DNA of 64,000 bases from Rhodospirillales bacterium (GCA_016872535.1 VGZQ01000004.1:2626-66625), one strand, 5' to 3'. Counted from the stretch's first letter, positions 8,427 to 14,910 are shown. Notes: generated from the sequence alone by a model not told the origin. Numbers and translations: made by a program.

Positions 8427-8603
8427 TCACTGCGCGATCGGGATCTGGGCGATCTCCATGATCCCCCAGATCGTGTAGAGGACCGCCGGCAGCGCGACCC
8501 CGATGAACAGAAGCGCGAACGGATTGTCGAGCAGAAGCTGCATCGGCGGCACTCGCTCGTCTTGCGGCGCGCCGGCGGCGCTTCCGGAACGGGTATCGGC
8601 CAT
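8427..8603 (-). CDS. small single-TM protein, first gene of the oxidase-like operon
   Basis: 58 aa from ATG 8603, with GGAG 8 nt upstream. One hydrophobic helix (FALLFIGVALPAVLYTIWGIM). Stop is 13 nt before the subunit II start. Sits about 70 nt downstream of the FNR-type box. No family recognised. Confidence 0.5.
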   Translation of the reverse strand: MADTRSGSAAGAPQDERVPPMQLLLDNPFALLFIGVALPAVLYTIWGIMEIAQIPIAQ

Positions 8604-8666
8604 CTTCGGTCTCCCCATGCGTTGCGAAGAACGCCCGAACGTCGCATGGGGAAGCGGACCGGTGCC

Positions 8667-8680
8667 TTGACTCACGTCAA
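8667..8680 (-). promoter_or_regulatory. perfect FNR/Dnr/NnrR-type box TTGAC-N4-GTCAA
   Basis: TTGACTCACGTCAA is a perfect palindrome of the Crp/Fnr half-site. Its centre is about 70 nt upstream of the first operon start (8603), consistent with a class II site at -41.5 plus a ~30-nt leader. A Crp/Fnr regulator with the E-SR helix is encoded 6 kb away. Confidence 0.6.
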
Positions 8681-8714
8681 ATCGGTTAACTGCCTGAATA
8701 AATTCGATTTTTCA

Positions 8715-8900
8715 TCATTGGCCGGTCAGGCGACCCAGCCCCCAGAAGCTCGCCAGGGCCAAGGCCAGAAGAATCCCGAAAAAGATCAGCGAACGGTGCT
8801 CGAAGCGGGCGCCGCGCCGCTCCTCGATGCGGAGCAGGATTTGATCCGAGACCCAGTACAGCGCGACGGCAACGACGAGGAAGGCGACGGTTTCGATCAT
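8715..8900 (-). CDS. small two-TM hypothetical membrane protein
   Basis: 61 aa from ATG 8900 (MIETVAFLVVAVALYW...IFFGILLALALASFWGL), with two hydrophobic segments. No family recognised; coding status is uncertain. Confidence 0.4.
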   Translation of the reverse strand: MIETVAFLVVAVALYWVSDQILLRIEERRGARFEHRSLIFFGILLALALASFWGLGRLTGQ

Positions 8901-8989
8901 GATTCTTCCATCCATCGAAATTGCGGTCGGCTTGCCCGGCCGGAAACGGACGCGTACATTCTAACCATATCCAAGCTCGGAAGCGACGG

Positions 8990-10105
8990 ATGCGCGTCGG
9001 AATCCCCAAGGAAATCAAGACGGACGAGAACCGGGTCGGCCTCGTGCCGGGCAGCGTGCGCGAACTGGTCCACCACGGTCATGCCGTACTGGTCGAAACT
9101 GGCGCCGGAACCGGCATCGGTTTCGCCGACGACGATTACGTCCAGGCGGGCGCGCGTATCGCGGCCAACGCCGACGAGGTGTTCGGCCAATCTGACCTGA
9201 TCGTCAAGGTCAAGGAGCCGCAGGCGGTCGAGATCGGGCGGCTGACGGCCAAACACATCCTGTTCACCTACCTCCACCTCGCCCCCGATCCGGCGCAGGC
9301 GAAGGGCCTGATCGCGTCGGGCTGCACGGCGATCGCGTATGAAACCGTCACCGACGAGCGCGGCGGCCTGCCGCTGCTCGCGCCGATGAGCGAGGTCGCC
9401 GGCCGCATGTCGATCCAGGTCGCCGCGCACTGCCTGGAAAAGCGCCAGGGCGGGCTCGGCGTGCTGCTTGGCGGCGTGCCCGGCGTGCCGCCGGCCAAGG
9501 TCGTCATCCTGGGCGGCGGCATTTCCGGCACCAACGCCGCCCGCATGGCCATGGGCCTCGGCGCCCAGGTCGTGGTCGTCGACAAGTCGCTCCGGCGCCT
9601 TTACGAGCTCGATCTCCAATTCGGCTCCAAGCTGGCGACCGCGTTCGCGACCCGCGACGCCATCGAGCGCCATGTGCTCGACGCCGACGTGGTGATCGGC
9701 GCGGTCCTGATCCCCGGCGCCGCCGCGCCGCGCCTGGTCACGGCCGCGATGGTCAAGCGCATGCGCAAGGGCGCGGTGCTGGTCGACATCTCCATCGACC
9801 AAGGGGGATGTTTCGAGACAAGTCGCGCCACCACCCACGAGAATCCGACCTACGTGGTCGACGGCGTCGTCCACTACGCGGTCGCCAACATGCCGGGCGC
9901 GGTGCCGCGCACGTCGGCCTTCGCCCTCAACAACGCGACGCTGCCGTTCGTGCTGGCGCTGGCCGACAAGGGCCTCGGCGCGCTCGCCGAGAACCGCCAT
10001 CTGCTCGCCGGCCTCAACGTCCATCGCGGCCGCGTTACTCATCCCGCGGTCGCCGAGGCCCTCAAGCTCGAATACCACGAGGCCGCGCGCGTCCTCGCGT
10101 CCTGA
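8990..10105 (+). CDS. ald: alanine dehydrogenase
   Basis: 371 aa starting MRVGIPKEIKTDENRVGL...KVKEP, with a Rossmann VVILGGGISG. Full-length similarity pattern to L-alanine dehydrogenases. Confidence 0.9.
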   Translation: MRVGIPKEIKTDENRVGLVPGSVRELVHHGHAVLVETGAGTGIGFADDDYVQAGARIAANADEVFGQSDLIVKVKEPQAVEIGRLTAKHILFTYLHLAPDPAQAKGLIASGCTAIAYETVTDERGGLPLLAPMSEVAGRMSIQVAAHCLEKRQGGLGVLLGGVPGVPPAKVVILGGGISGTNAARMAMGLGAQVVVVDKSLRRLYELDLQFGSKLATAFATRDAIERHVLDADVVIGAVLIPGAAAPRLVTAAMVKRMRKGAVLVDISIDQGGCFETSRATTHENPTYVVDGVVHYAVANMPGAVPRTSAFALNNATLPFVLALADKGLGALAENRHLLAGLNVHRGRVTHPAVAEALKLEYHEAARVLAS

Positions 10106-10113
10106 AAGCGTCC

Positions 10114-10962
10114 ATGACCCGCATCGTATTCCTCAACGGCGAATTCGTCCCCTACGAGCAGGCCAAAATCCCGATCATGGATCGCGGCTTTTTGTTCGGC
10201 GACGGCATCTACGAGGTCACCGCCGTGCTCGGCGGCCGGTTGCTCGACAACATCCCGCACCTCGCGCGGCTCGAACGTTCGTTGAAGGAAATCGCCATCG
10301 CCAACCCCTACAGCGACGCGGAATGGACCCGGCTGCAGACCGAACTGGTCCGGCGGAATGCGCTCGCCGACGGCCTGGTCTACATCGAGGTCACGCGCGG
10401 CGTGTTCGAGCGCGATTTCGTCTGCCCCGACGACCTGACCCCGACCGTGGTCATGTTCACCCAACCCAAGGAACTGCGCGATCCGCCGGCCGCGCGTACC
10501 GGCGTCGCCGTGATCACGGTGCCGGAGCTGCGCTGGAAGCGGCGCGACATCAAATCGGTCTCGCTGCTCGCCCAGGTGCTGGCCAAGATGGCCGCGCGCC
10601 ACGCCGGAGTGGCCGAAGCGTGGATGATCGAGGACGATCACGTGACCGAGGGCGCGTCCTCGACCTCCTTCATCGTCACCAAGGACCGCCGGATCGTGAC
10701 CCGGCCGCTGTCGACCGCGGTGCTGCCGGGAATCACCCGCGCGGCGGTGCTGAAGCTGGTCGAGCGGCACGCGCTCCGCCTCGACGAGCGCCCGTTCACC
10801 GTGCCCGAGGCCCTTCGGGCGGCCGAGGCGTTCCTGACCAGCGCGTCGTCGCTGGTGACGCCGGTGGTCAAGATCGACGGCGAGCCGGTCGGCGACGGCA
10901 CGCCCGGCCCGCTGACCAGGGAACTGCGCCAGCTCTATCTCAAGATGGCCGAGGCGGGGTGA
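10114..10962 (+). CDS. class IV aminotransferase (D-amino-acid / branched-chain type)
   Basis: 282 aa with MDRGFLFGDGIYEV and other fold-type IV PLP enzyme motifs. 8 nt after ald, so a D-alanine aminotransferase role is plausible but not proven. Confidence 0.8.
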   Translation: MTRIVFLNGEFVPYEQAKIPIMDRGFLFGDGIYEVTAVLGGRLLDNIPHLARLERSLKEIAIANPYSDAEWTRLQTELVRRNALADGLVYIEVTRGVFERDFVCPDDLTPTVVMFTQPKELRDPPAARTGVAVITVPELRWKRRDIKSVSLLAQVLAKMAARHAGVAEAWMIEDDHVTEGASSTSFIVTKDRRIVTRPLSTAVLPGITRAAVLKLVERHALRLDERPFTVPEALRAAEAFLTSASSLVTPVVKIDGEPVGDGTPGPLTRELRQLYLKMAEAG

Positions 10963-11222
10963 GCGGCGAAGGCCGGCGCGGGCGGGAGCACGCTGGCATC
11001 GACCTTGCGCGGGGTTGGCGCAAGGTAAAACGAGGCAAAACGGGCCTAAGGCCTTGATATTGCTCAAAACAGCCTTTTTTCTGTAGGCATCTGTAGGCAT
11101 TTTCGACACCGGCCGAGGGCGAACGGGGGCATTTGGCCGCCAGCCATCGGCCGTTTTCAGCGGCGCGCCGAATGCTTCGGTCTTATTCACTTGTCCAAGA
11201 ACGCGGGATCACTTTGTTGGAA

Positions 11223-11251
11223 ACTATACCCTGAAATAGGAATATTGTCAA
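11223..11251 (-). promoter_or_regulatory. near-consensus sigma70-type promoter with no obvious downstream gene
   Basis: The minus strand reads TTGACA-N17-TATAGT inside the most AT-rich patch of the 10963-11504 intergenic region. It points toward the 3' end of the aminotransferase gene. Confidence 0.4.
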
Positions 11252-11326
11252 CGAGCGGTCGACAGGTCGAGCACGGCGAAAACCCCGCCGCGCCAAGCGC
11301 AGAAAACCGACCCGCTAAAACCGTCC

Positions 11327-11410
11327 CTATTTCACCGAACGCCAATCCAGCGCTCAGGCCTTGGCCCTTTCGCCGGGCAATTCGTGGCCCGCCCGCGCTC
11401 GGTCCCCCGC
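11327..11410. repeat. intergenic repeat copy A (full length)
   Basis: CTATTTCACCGAACGCCAATCC...GCCCTTTCGCCGGGCAATTCGTGGCCCGCCCGCGCTCGGTCCCC. About 75-80% identical to copy C at 14781, and its 3' half is about 88% identical to copy B at 12192. Confidence 0.5.
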
Positions 11411-11504
11411 ATGTCGCACCCGTTATCCGGCTGGCGTGGGCAAAGCACCTACTGGCAATCTTTGCCAACTACGCTATGCTGGCCGGATCGAAGGGAGATT
11501 TCCC

Positions 11505-11768
11505 ATGCCCACCAGAAACGTCAATCTGACCGACGACCAGGATGCTTTCGTCGAGAAGATGGTCAAGGCCGGCAAATACCAGAACGCCAGCGAAGCCGTG
11601 CGCGATGCCGTGCGCGGATTGCAGCAGCGCTGGAAAGAGGACGAACTGAAACTCGCGGCGCTGCGCAAACGGATCAAGGCGGGCGCCGAGGCCCTGGATC
11701 GCGGCGACTTCACCGAAGTGGACGACGCCGATCTCGACGCGGCCCTCGACAAGCTGGCCTCCAATTGA
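11505..11768 (+). CDS. parD: ParD-type antitoxin (RHH)
   Basis: 87 aa starting MPTRNVNLTDDQDAFVEKMVKAGKYQNASEAVRDAVR, the typical ParD/COG3609 N-terminus. RBS AAGGGAG. Followed 12 nt later by parE. Confidence 0.85.
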   Translation: MPTRNVNLTDDQDAFVEKMVKAGKYQNASEAVRDAVRGLQQRWKEDELKLAALRKRIKAGAEALDRGDFTEVDDADLDAALDKLASN

Positions 11769-11780
11769 GCGCGGCCATCG

Positions 11781-12128
11781 ATGGCGCGCTATCGGCTTTC
11801 CGGTCCGGCGAAGGCGGATATCTCCTCCATCCTGCGCGTGAGCGAGACGCGGCACGGCGGAGATGCACGCACCCGCTATCGCGGCTTGCTGGCGGCGGCG
11901 ATGCGCCGGATCGCGGCCGATCCGCAAGGGAGATCGACATCGGACCGAAGCGAACTCCTCGCCGGACTGCGCAGTCTGCATATCCGCCATAGCCGCAACG
12001 AGAGCCGCGAAGCCCCGGTCGGCGAGCCGGCACACGTGATCTTCTACCGCGTAGCCGGACCCGGTGTTGTCGAGATTGTGCGCATCCTGCACGACCGGAT
12101 GGAGCCGGGCTTGCATATCGGCTCGTAA
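11781..12128 (+). CDS. parE: ParE-type toxin
   Basis: 115 aa with RelE/ParE pattern (YRLSGPAKADI...HVIFYRV...VEIVRILHDRM). Confidence 0.85.
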   Translation: MARYRLSGPAKADISSILRVSETRHGGDARTRYRGLLAAAMRRIAADPQGRSTSDRSELLAGLRSLHIRHSRNESREAPVGEPAHVIFYRVAGPGVVEIVRILHDRMEPGLHIGS

Positions 12129-12191
12129 GCCGCACCCCAAACCACCCGAGCGCGCCGGCTTGGAAAACGAAACGTTTCGACGTATGCCGAC

Positions 12192-12235
12192 GCCCTTCCG
12201 CCGGGCGGCTTGTGGCCCGCCCGCGCTCGGTCCCC
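12192..12235. repeat. intergenic repeat copy B (3' half only)
   Basis: GCCCTTCCGCCGGGCGGCTTGTGGCCCGCCCGCGCTCGGTCCCC, matching the 3' half of copy A. Confidence 0.5.
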
Positions 12236-12280
12236 GCGCCCGCGCTCCGGCCCGCCTTGACGCGCCGTCCCGGTCCCGGC

Positions 12281-12297
12281 TTAATAACAATTATTAA
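12281..12297 (+). promoter_or_regulatory. AT-rich palindrome / likely parDE-2 operator-promoter
   Basis: TTAATAA-CAA-TTATTAA has perfect 7-bp arms and lies 18 nt upstream of the parD-2 ATG in GC-rich surroundings. A possible -35 TTGACG lies 18-19 nt upstream. Confidence 0.35.
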
Positions 12298-12314
12298 CTG
12301 TTAGGAGACCGGCC

Positions 12315-12581
12315 ATGCCCACCAGCGTCGCCCTCAGCCGCCATTTCGAAAACTTCATCCAGGAACAGGTGAAATCGGGGCGCTACAACAACGCCAGCGA
12401 GGTGGTGCGCGCCGGGCTGCGCCTGCTCGAGGATCAGCACGCCCTCGCCAAGATGCGGCACGAGGAAATGCGCGCGGCGATCGCGGCCGGCCTAGCGAGC
12501 GGCCCGGGGCGGCCGGCCGAAGCCGTGTTCGACCGATTGGAAACGAAGTATCGCAAGCTCGCCGGCAAACGCGCCGCATAA
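12315..12581 (+). CDS. parD: ParD-type antitoxin (second copy)
   Basis: 88 aa starting [39 protein letters not shown]. Its stop overlaps the parE-2 start (ATAATG). Confidence 0.85.
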   Translation: MPTSVALSRHFENFIQEQVKSGRYNNASEVVRAGLRLLEDQHALAKMRHEEMRAAIAAGLASGPGRPAEAVFDRLETKYRKLAGKRAA

Positions 12582-12883
12582 TGCGCGTTACGCTGTCCCC
12601 GCTCGCCGAGCGAGACTTGGAAGCGATCGGCGACTATATCGCCAAGGATAACCCGTCCCGGGCGCTGAGCTTCATCGCCGAACTTCGCGCCCGGTGCGCG
12701 ACGATCGCCAAGGCGCCCAGGGCCTATCGCGCCCGCCGGGAACTGGGCGAGGGTCTGCGCTCGTGCGCCCACGGCGACTACGTGATTTTCTTCGCCGCCG
12801 CGAAAGGCCGGCTTACCATCGTCCGCGTGCTGCACGGCGCGATGGATGTGGCGGCGCGCTTTCCCGGAACGCCGGACGAATAA
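12581..12883 (+). CDS. parE: ParE-type toxin (second copy)
   Basis: 100 aa with SPLAERDLEAIGDYIAKDNP...YVIFF...LTIVRVLHGAMD. Confidence 0.85.
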   Translation: MRVTLSPLAERDLEAIGDYIAKDNPSRALSFIAELRARCATIAKAPRAYRARRELGEGLRSCAHGDYVIFFAAAKGRLTIVRVLHGAMDVAARFPGTPDE

Positions 12884-12887
12884 TCGC

Positions 12888-13022
12888 GTGAGCGAAGCCG
12901 AGGCCCGCGCCGGGCACATCGACCCCGCCCTGATTCGGGCGGCATGTCCGGCGCGGCGGTTCGAGGATTTGAACGGAGACGTTCTACTTCACCGAATCCT
13001 AGAGCGTATCCCGATTAATTGA
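12888..13022 (+). pseudogene. fragment resembling the N-terminus of a type I restriction enzyme R subunit (HsdR_N)
   Basis: Short frame VSEAEARAGHIDPALIRAA... matches the (N/S)EAETRAxLIDPxL opening of HsdR-N domains. After about 20 codons it runs into the TTCTACTTCACCGAA repeat and stops. No remainder of the gene is present. Confidence 0.3.
12982..12996. repeat. intergenic repeat copy D (5' core only)
   Basis: TTCTACTTCACCGAA is identical to 14781-14795. The similarity extends upstream (GGAGACG vs GAAGACT). Confidence 0.45.
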
Positions 13023-13062
13023 AACACCCCCTTCCCCTACCCCCTCCCGCGAGGGGAGGGGG

Positions 13063-13095
13063 CTCTACAAAAACCTCCCCCCCCTTGCGGGGGAG
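13063..13095 (-). terminator. probable intrinsic terminator of the TehA-like gene
   Basis: The minus strand reads CTCCCCC-GCAAGGG-GGGGGAG followed by GTTTTTG, 11 nt after the stop at 13106. A second GC hairpin (CCCCCTCCC-GCGAG-GGGAGGGGG, 13040-13062) lies next to it. Confidence 0.45.
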
Positions 13096-13105
13096 TGACC
13101 TTCTC

Positions 13106-14212
13106 CTAAATAGGCCCACTCAGAGGGTGCGCGTCTTGTGTCGGTCGTGACCTGCGGAGGACGCCGCCTTTGTCGCGTTGAGACGGCTGTCGACCAACCC
13201 GATGAAGGTTGCCCCCCCAGGCGACGGCGGCGATGATCATGAACGCGAACGACAGCGGCATTAAGAATGGAGCGTCGAGAACCTTCGCCAAGTGGTAGGT
13301 GCACACCGAGAACATGCCGAGCGGGAAGACTCCTCCCCAATACAGCGGGTCATAGGCGAACGGGACGCCGCGAATGAGGTAGCGCCACACATCCAAGACG
13401 AACAGCATGGGAATCCACCAGATCCCAATGGCCCAGAAGAACAGGGTCAATCCCTTGATGAAGGGCGCCAAGCCGCCGACGATCGAAGACAAGGCCTCGT
13501 GCTCGAGCAAGGTGGCACCGGCAAGCGTCGAGATGGCCACGGCGCCCATATTGATCCAGTAGGGCGGCGTGAGGTCCTCCGGCAACATCCGCAGGAACGT
13601 GTAGCGGAGGAAGATCAGAGTCATCAGCCACAAATAGAGCGCGCCCCCACCGAGCCAGAGGGCCAGCGCGACGAACATCAGAAGTTGCCGAAATTCGCCG
13701 AAATTCCCCGAGGACAGCACCAGGACGGTCAGCGCGGATACCGATTGGGTGGCGACGACGCTGACAAGCCAAGCCCCGTTCAAACCGTCCTCCAGACTGG
13801 GCTTGTCGACCTTCACGATCAGGATCGCGAGCAACATGTACATGACCAGCAACCAAAGCGCGCCGGCGATGATCCAGAAGACGGTGGCCAGACCGCCGGC
13901 GTCCATTTGCAATACGAGTTGGCTACCGAACACGCCGGACGCCGCCACCGCCGTGAAGAATCCGACGCCGCGGCTGTGGCTGCGGATATCGGCCATGAAT
14001 GCCCTTGGGTAGCGGATGATGCGCAGGCAGGTCGCCGCCGCCAGAAGGATGAAAAATAAAGCGTTGAGCCAAAACAAGATCGCGGGCACCACCGGCACGC
14101 CGTGCAAGTCCACGGCAATGGAAACGATGCCGGTGGCCATGACCAGCGCGAAATATCCCGGATGCAGGGTTTCCAGGTCGTCGGGGCGGCCTCGTTGGAA
14201 ACGGAATCTCAT
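13106..14212 (-). CDS. TehA/TDT (tellurite-resistance / C4-dicarboxylate transporter, SLAC1-like) family membrane protein
   Basis: 368 aa with about 10 hydrophobic helices and the N-terminal HPGYFALVMATGIVS motif typical of the family. Confidence 0.8.
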   Translation of the reverse strand: MRFRFQRGRPDDLETLHPGYFALVMATGIVSIAVDLHGVPVVPAILFWLNALFFILLAAATCLRIIRYPRAFMADIRSHSRGVGFFTAVAASGVFGSQLVLQMDAGGLATVFWIIAGALWLLVMYMLLAILIVKVDKPSLEDGLNGAWLVSVVATQSVSALTVLVLSSGNFGEFRQLLMFVALALWLGGGALYLWLMTLIFLRYTFLRMLPEDLTPPYWINMGAVAISTLAGATLLEHEALSSIVGGLAPFIKGLTLFFWAIGIWWIPMLFVLDVWRYLIRGVPFAYDPLYWGGVFPLGMFSVCTYHLAKVLDAPFLMPLSFAFMIIAAVAWGGNLHRVGRQPSQRDKGGVLRRSRPTQDAHPLSGPI

Positions 14213-14540
14213 GACGGGACATCCCCTACGTTAGGCACGGCGGAAGGCACCTCCCTTGCTTCGCGGCGCGGGCGCACCGCGACGGAACGCGCCCTTTCGG
14301 CCGCCGGGTCGATCGTGAGCCTCTCGTCCAACTCTCCTGATCGATTTTATACCGGGTCGATTGTTAGTCTACCGCATGATTTGGTGTCGATCGGGTGGCG
14401 TCGGGATCGGGCCATGGGCCACCGGCGCCGGTGGTCTATAGCCGAGGTGATCCCAACGGGGCGTTGGATACTTTCCGTCTAGGCCATCGCATATTGCATG
14501 GCCTGACTATCATGGGCCCGCGTTTTAATTAATATAGAGC

Positions 14541-14757
14541 GTGGACGGCAAGGTTCACATCACCTCGTCCTCCACGGCGTCCGTCATGGACGAAACCGTC
14601 GAGAAATACCGGACGACCCTGAAGCGTCTTGCCGGGCGGTAAGCGGCACTATCGCATCACTCTCGCCGACGCGCTCAGCGCCCACGACCGCGCCCTGAAA
14701 TTCGGTTTCGGGGATCTGGTCCGATGGTTCGAGGCCCGAATCCGCCGGATGAACTGA
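14541..14757 (+). pseudogene. decayed phd/doc-type toxin-antitoxin remnant
   Basis: A 33-codon antitoxin C-terminal tail (...VMDETVEKYRTTLKRLAGR*) is followed by a Doc-like N-terminus (ITLADALSAHDRALKFG). That frame shifts: G-I-W-S-D-G...ESA appears in another frame. It is cut off at the 14781 repeat. Confidence 0.4.
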
Positions 14758-14780
14758 TCCGCCTCATTCGAGCGAAGACT

Positions 14781-14852
14781 TTCTACTTCACCGAACGCTA
14801 ATCCAACGCCTGGGTCCTGCCCTTCCGCCGCGCAACTTGTGACCCACCCGTG
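14781..14852. repeat. intergenic repeat copy C (full length)
   Basis: TTCTACTTCACCGAACGCTAATCCAACGCC...GCCCTTCCGCCGCGCAACTTGTGACCCACCCGTGC is co-linear with copy A at 11327. Confidence 0.5.
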
Positions 14853-14910
14853 CGAATCGATAGTATGCAAAACGCGGGGGGCGACGCGTTGCAATCCGGG
14901 AGGACGGCGC

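Noticed and set aside
5966-8461. 831-aa plus-strand ORF antisense to the oxidase genes. Similar long shadow ORFs: 691..1737(-), 2756..3955(+), 14788..16536(-), 27209..29923(+), 27969..29594(-), 33460..35604(+), 43565..45316(+ part), 47055..48710(-), 50367..52295(+)
   Set aside because: These are typical high-GC antisense or out-of-frame ORFs. They are rich in Arg/His/Asp/Gly/Pro, lack recognisable motifs, and each is fully covered by a well-supported gene in another frame or strand.
11002-11026. Terminator of the aminotransferase gene (ACCTTGCGC-N7-GCGCAAGGT)
   Set aside because: The hairpin is perfect, but it is followed by an A-run on the plus strand and by no T-run on either strand in the direction of transcription. 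I did not call it an intrinsic terminator.
11081-11100. CRISPR-like or satellite repeat (CTGTAGGCAT x2)
   Set aside because: Only two adjacent 10-nt copies, with no spacers and no cas genes. Far too short for a CRISPR array.
10039-11190. 383-aa minus-strand ORF starting in the 10963-11504 gap
   Set aside because: From 10962 downward it is antisense to the well-supported aminotransferase gene. It has no RBS or recognisable domain. The intergenic part was kept only as a possible non-coding transcript.
13040-13062. Hairpin CCCCCTCCC-GCGAG-GGGAGGGGG as terminator of parE-2
   Set aside because: It is not followed by a T-run on the plus strand. It resembles GC-rich palindromic intergenic repeats common in Alphaproteobacteria. 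Only the neighbouring hairpin with a T-run (minus strand) was called as a terminator.
11327-14852. Chromosomal integron cassette array
   Set aside because: Repeats separating small TA cassettes are suggestive. However, no intI integrase, attI or Pc is present in the window. I could not find paired RYYYAAC / GTTRRRY cores or the imperfect internal dyad expected of attC sites. One enclosed gene is on the opposite strand.
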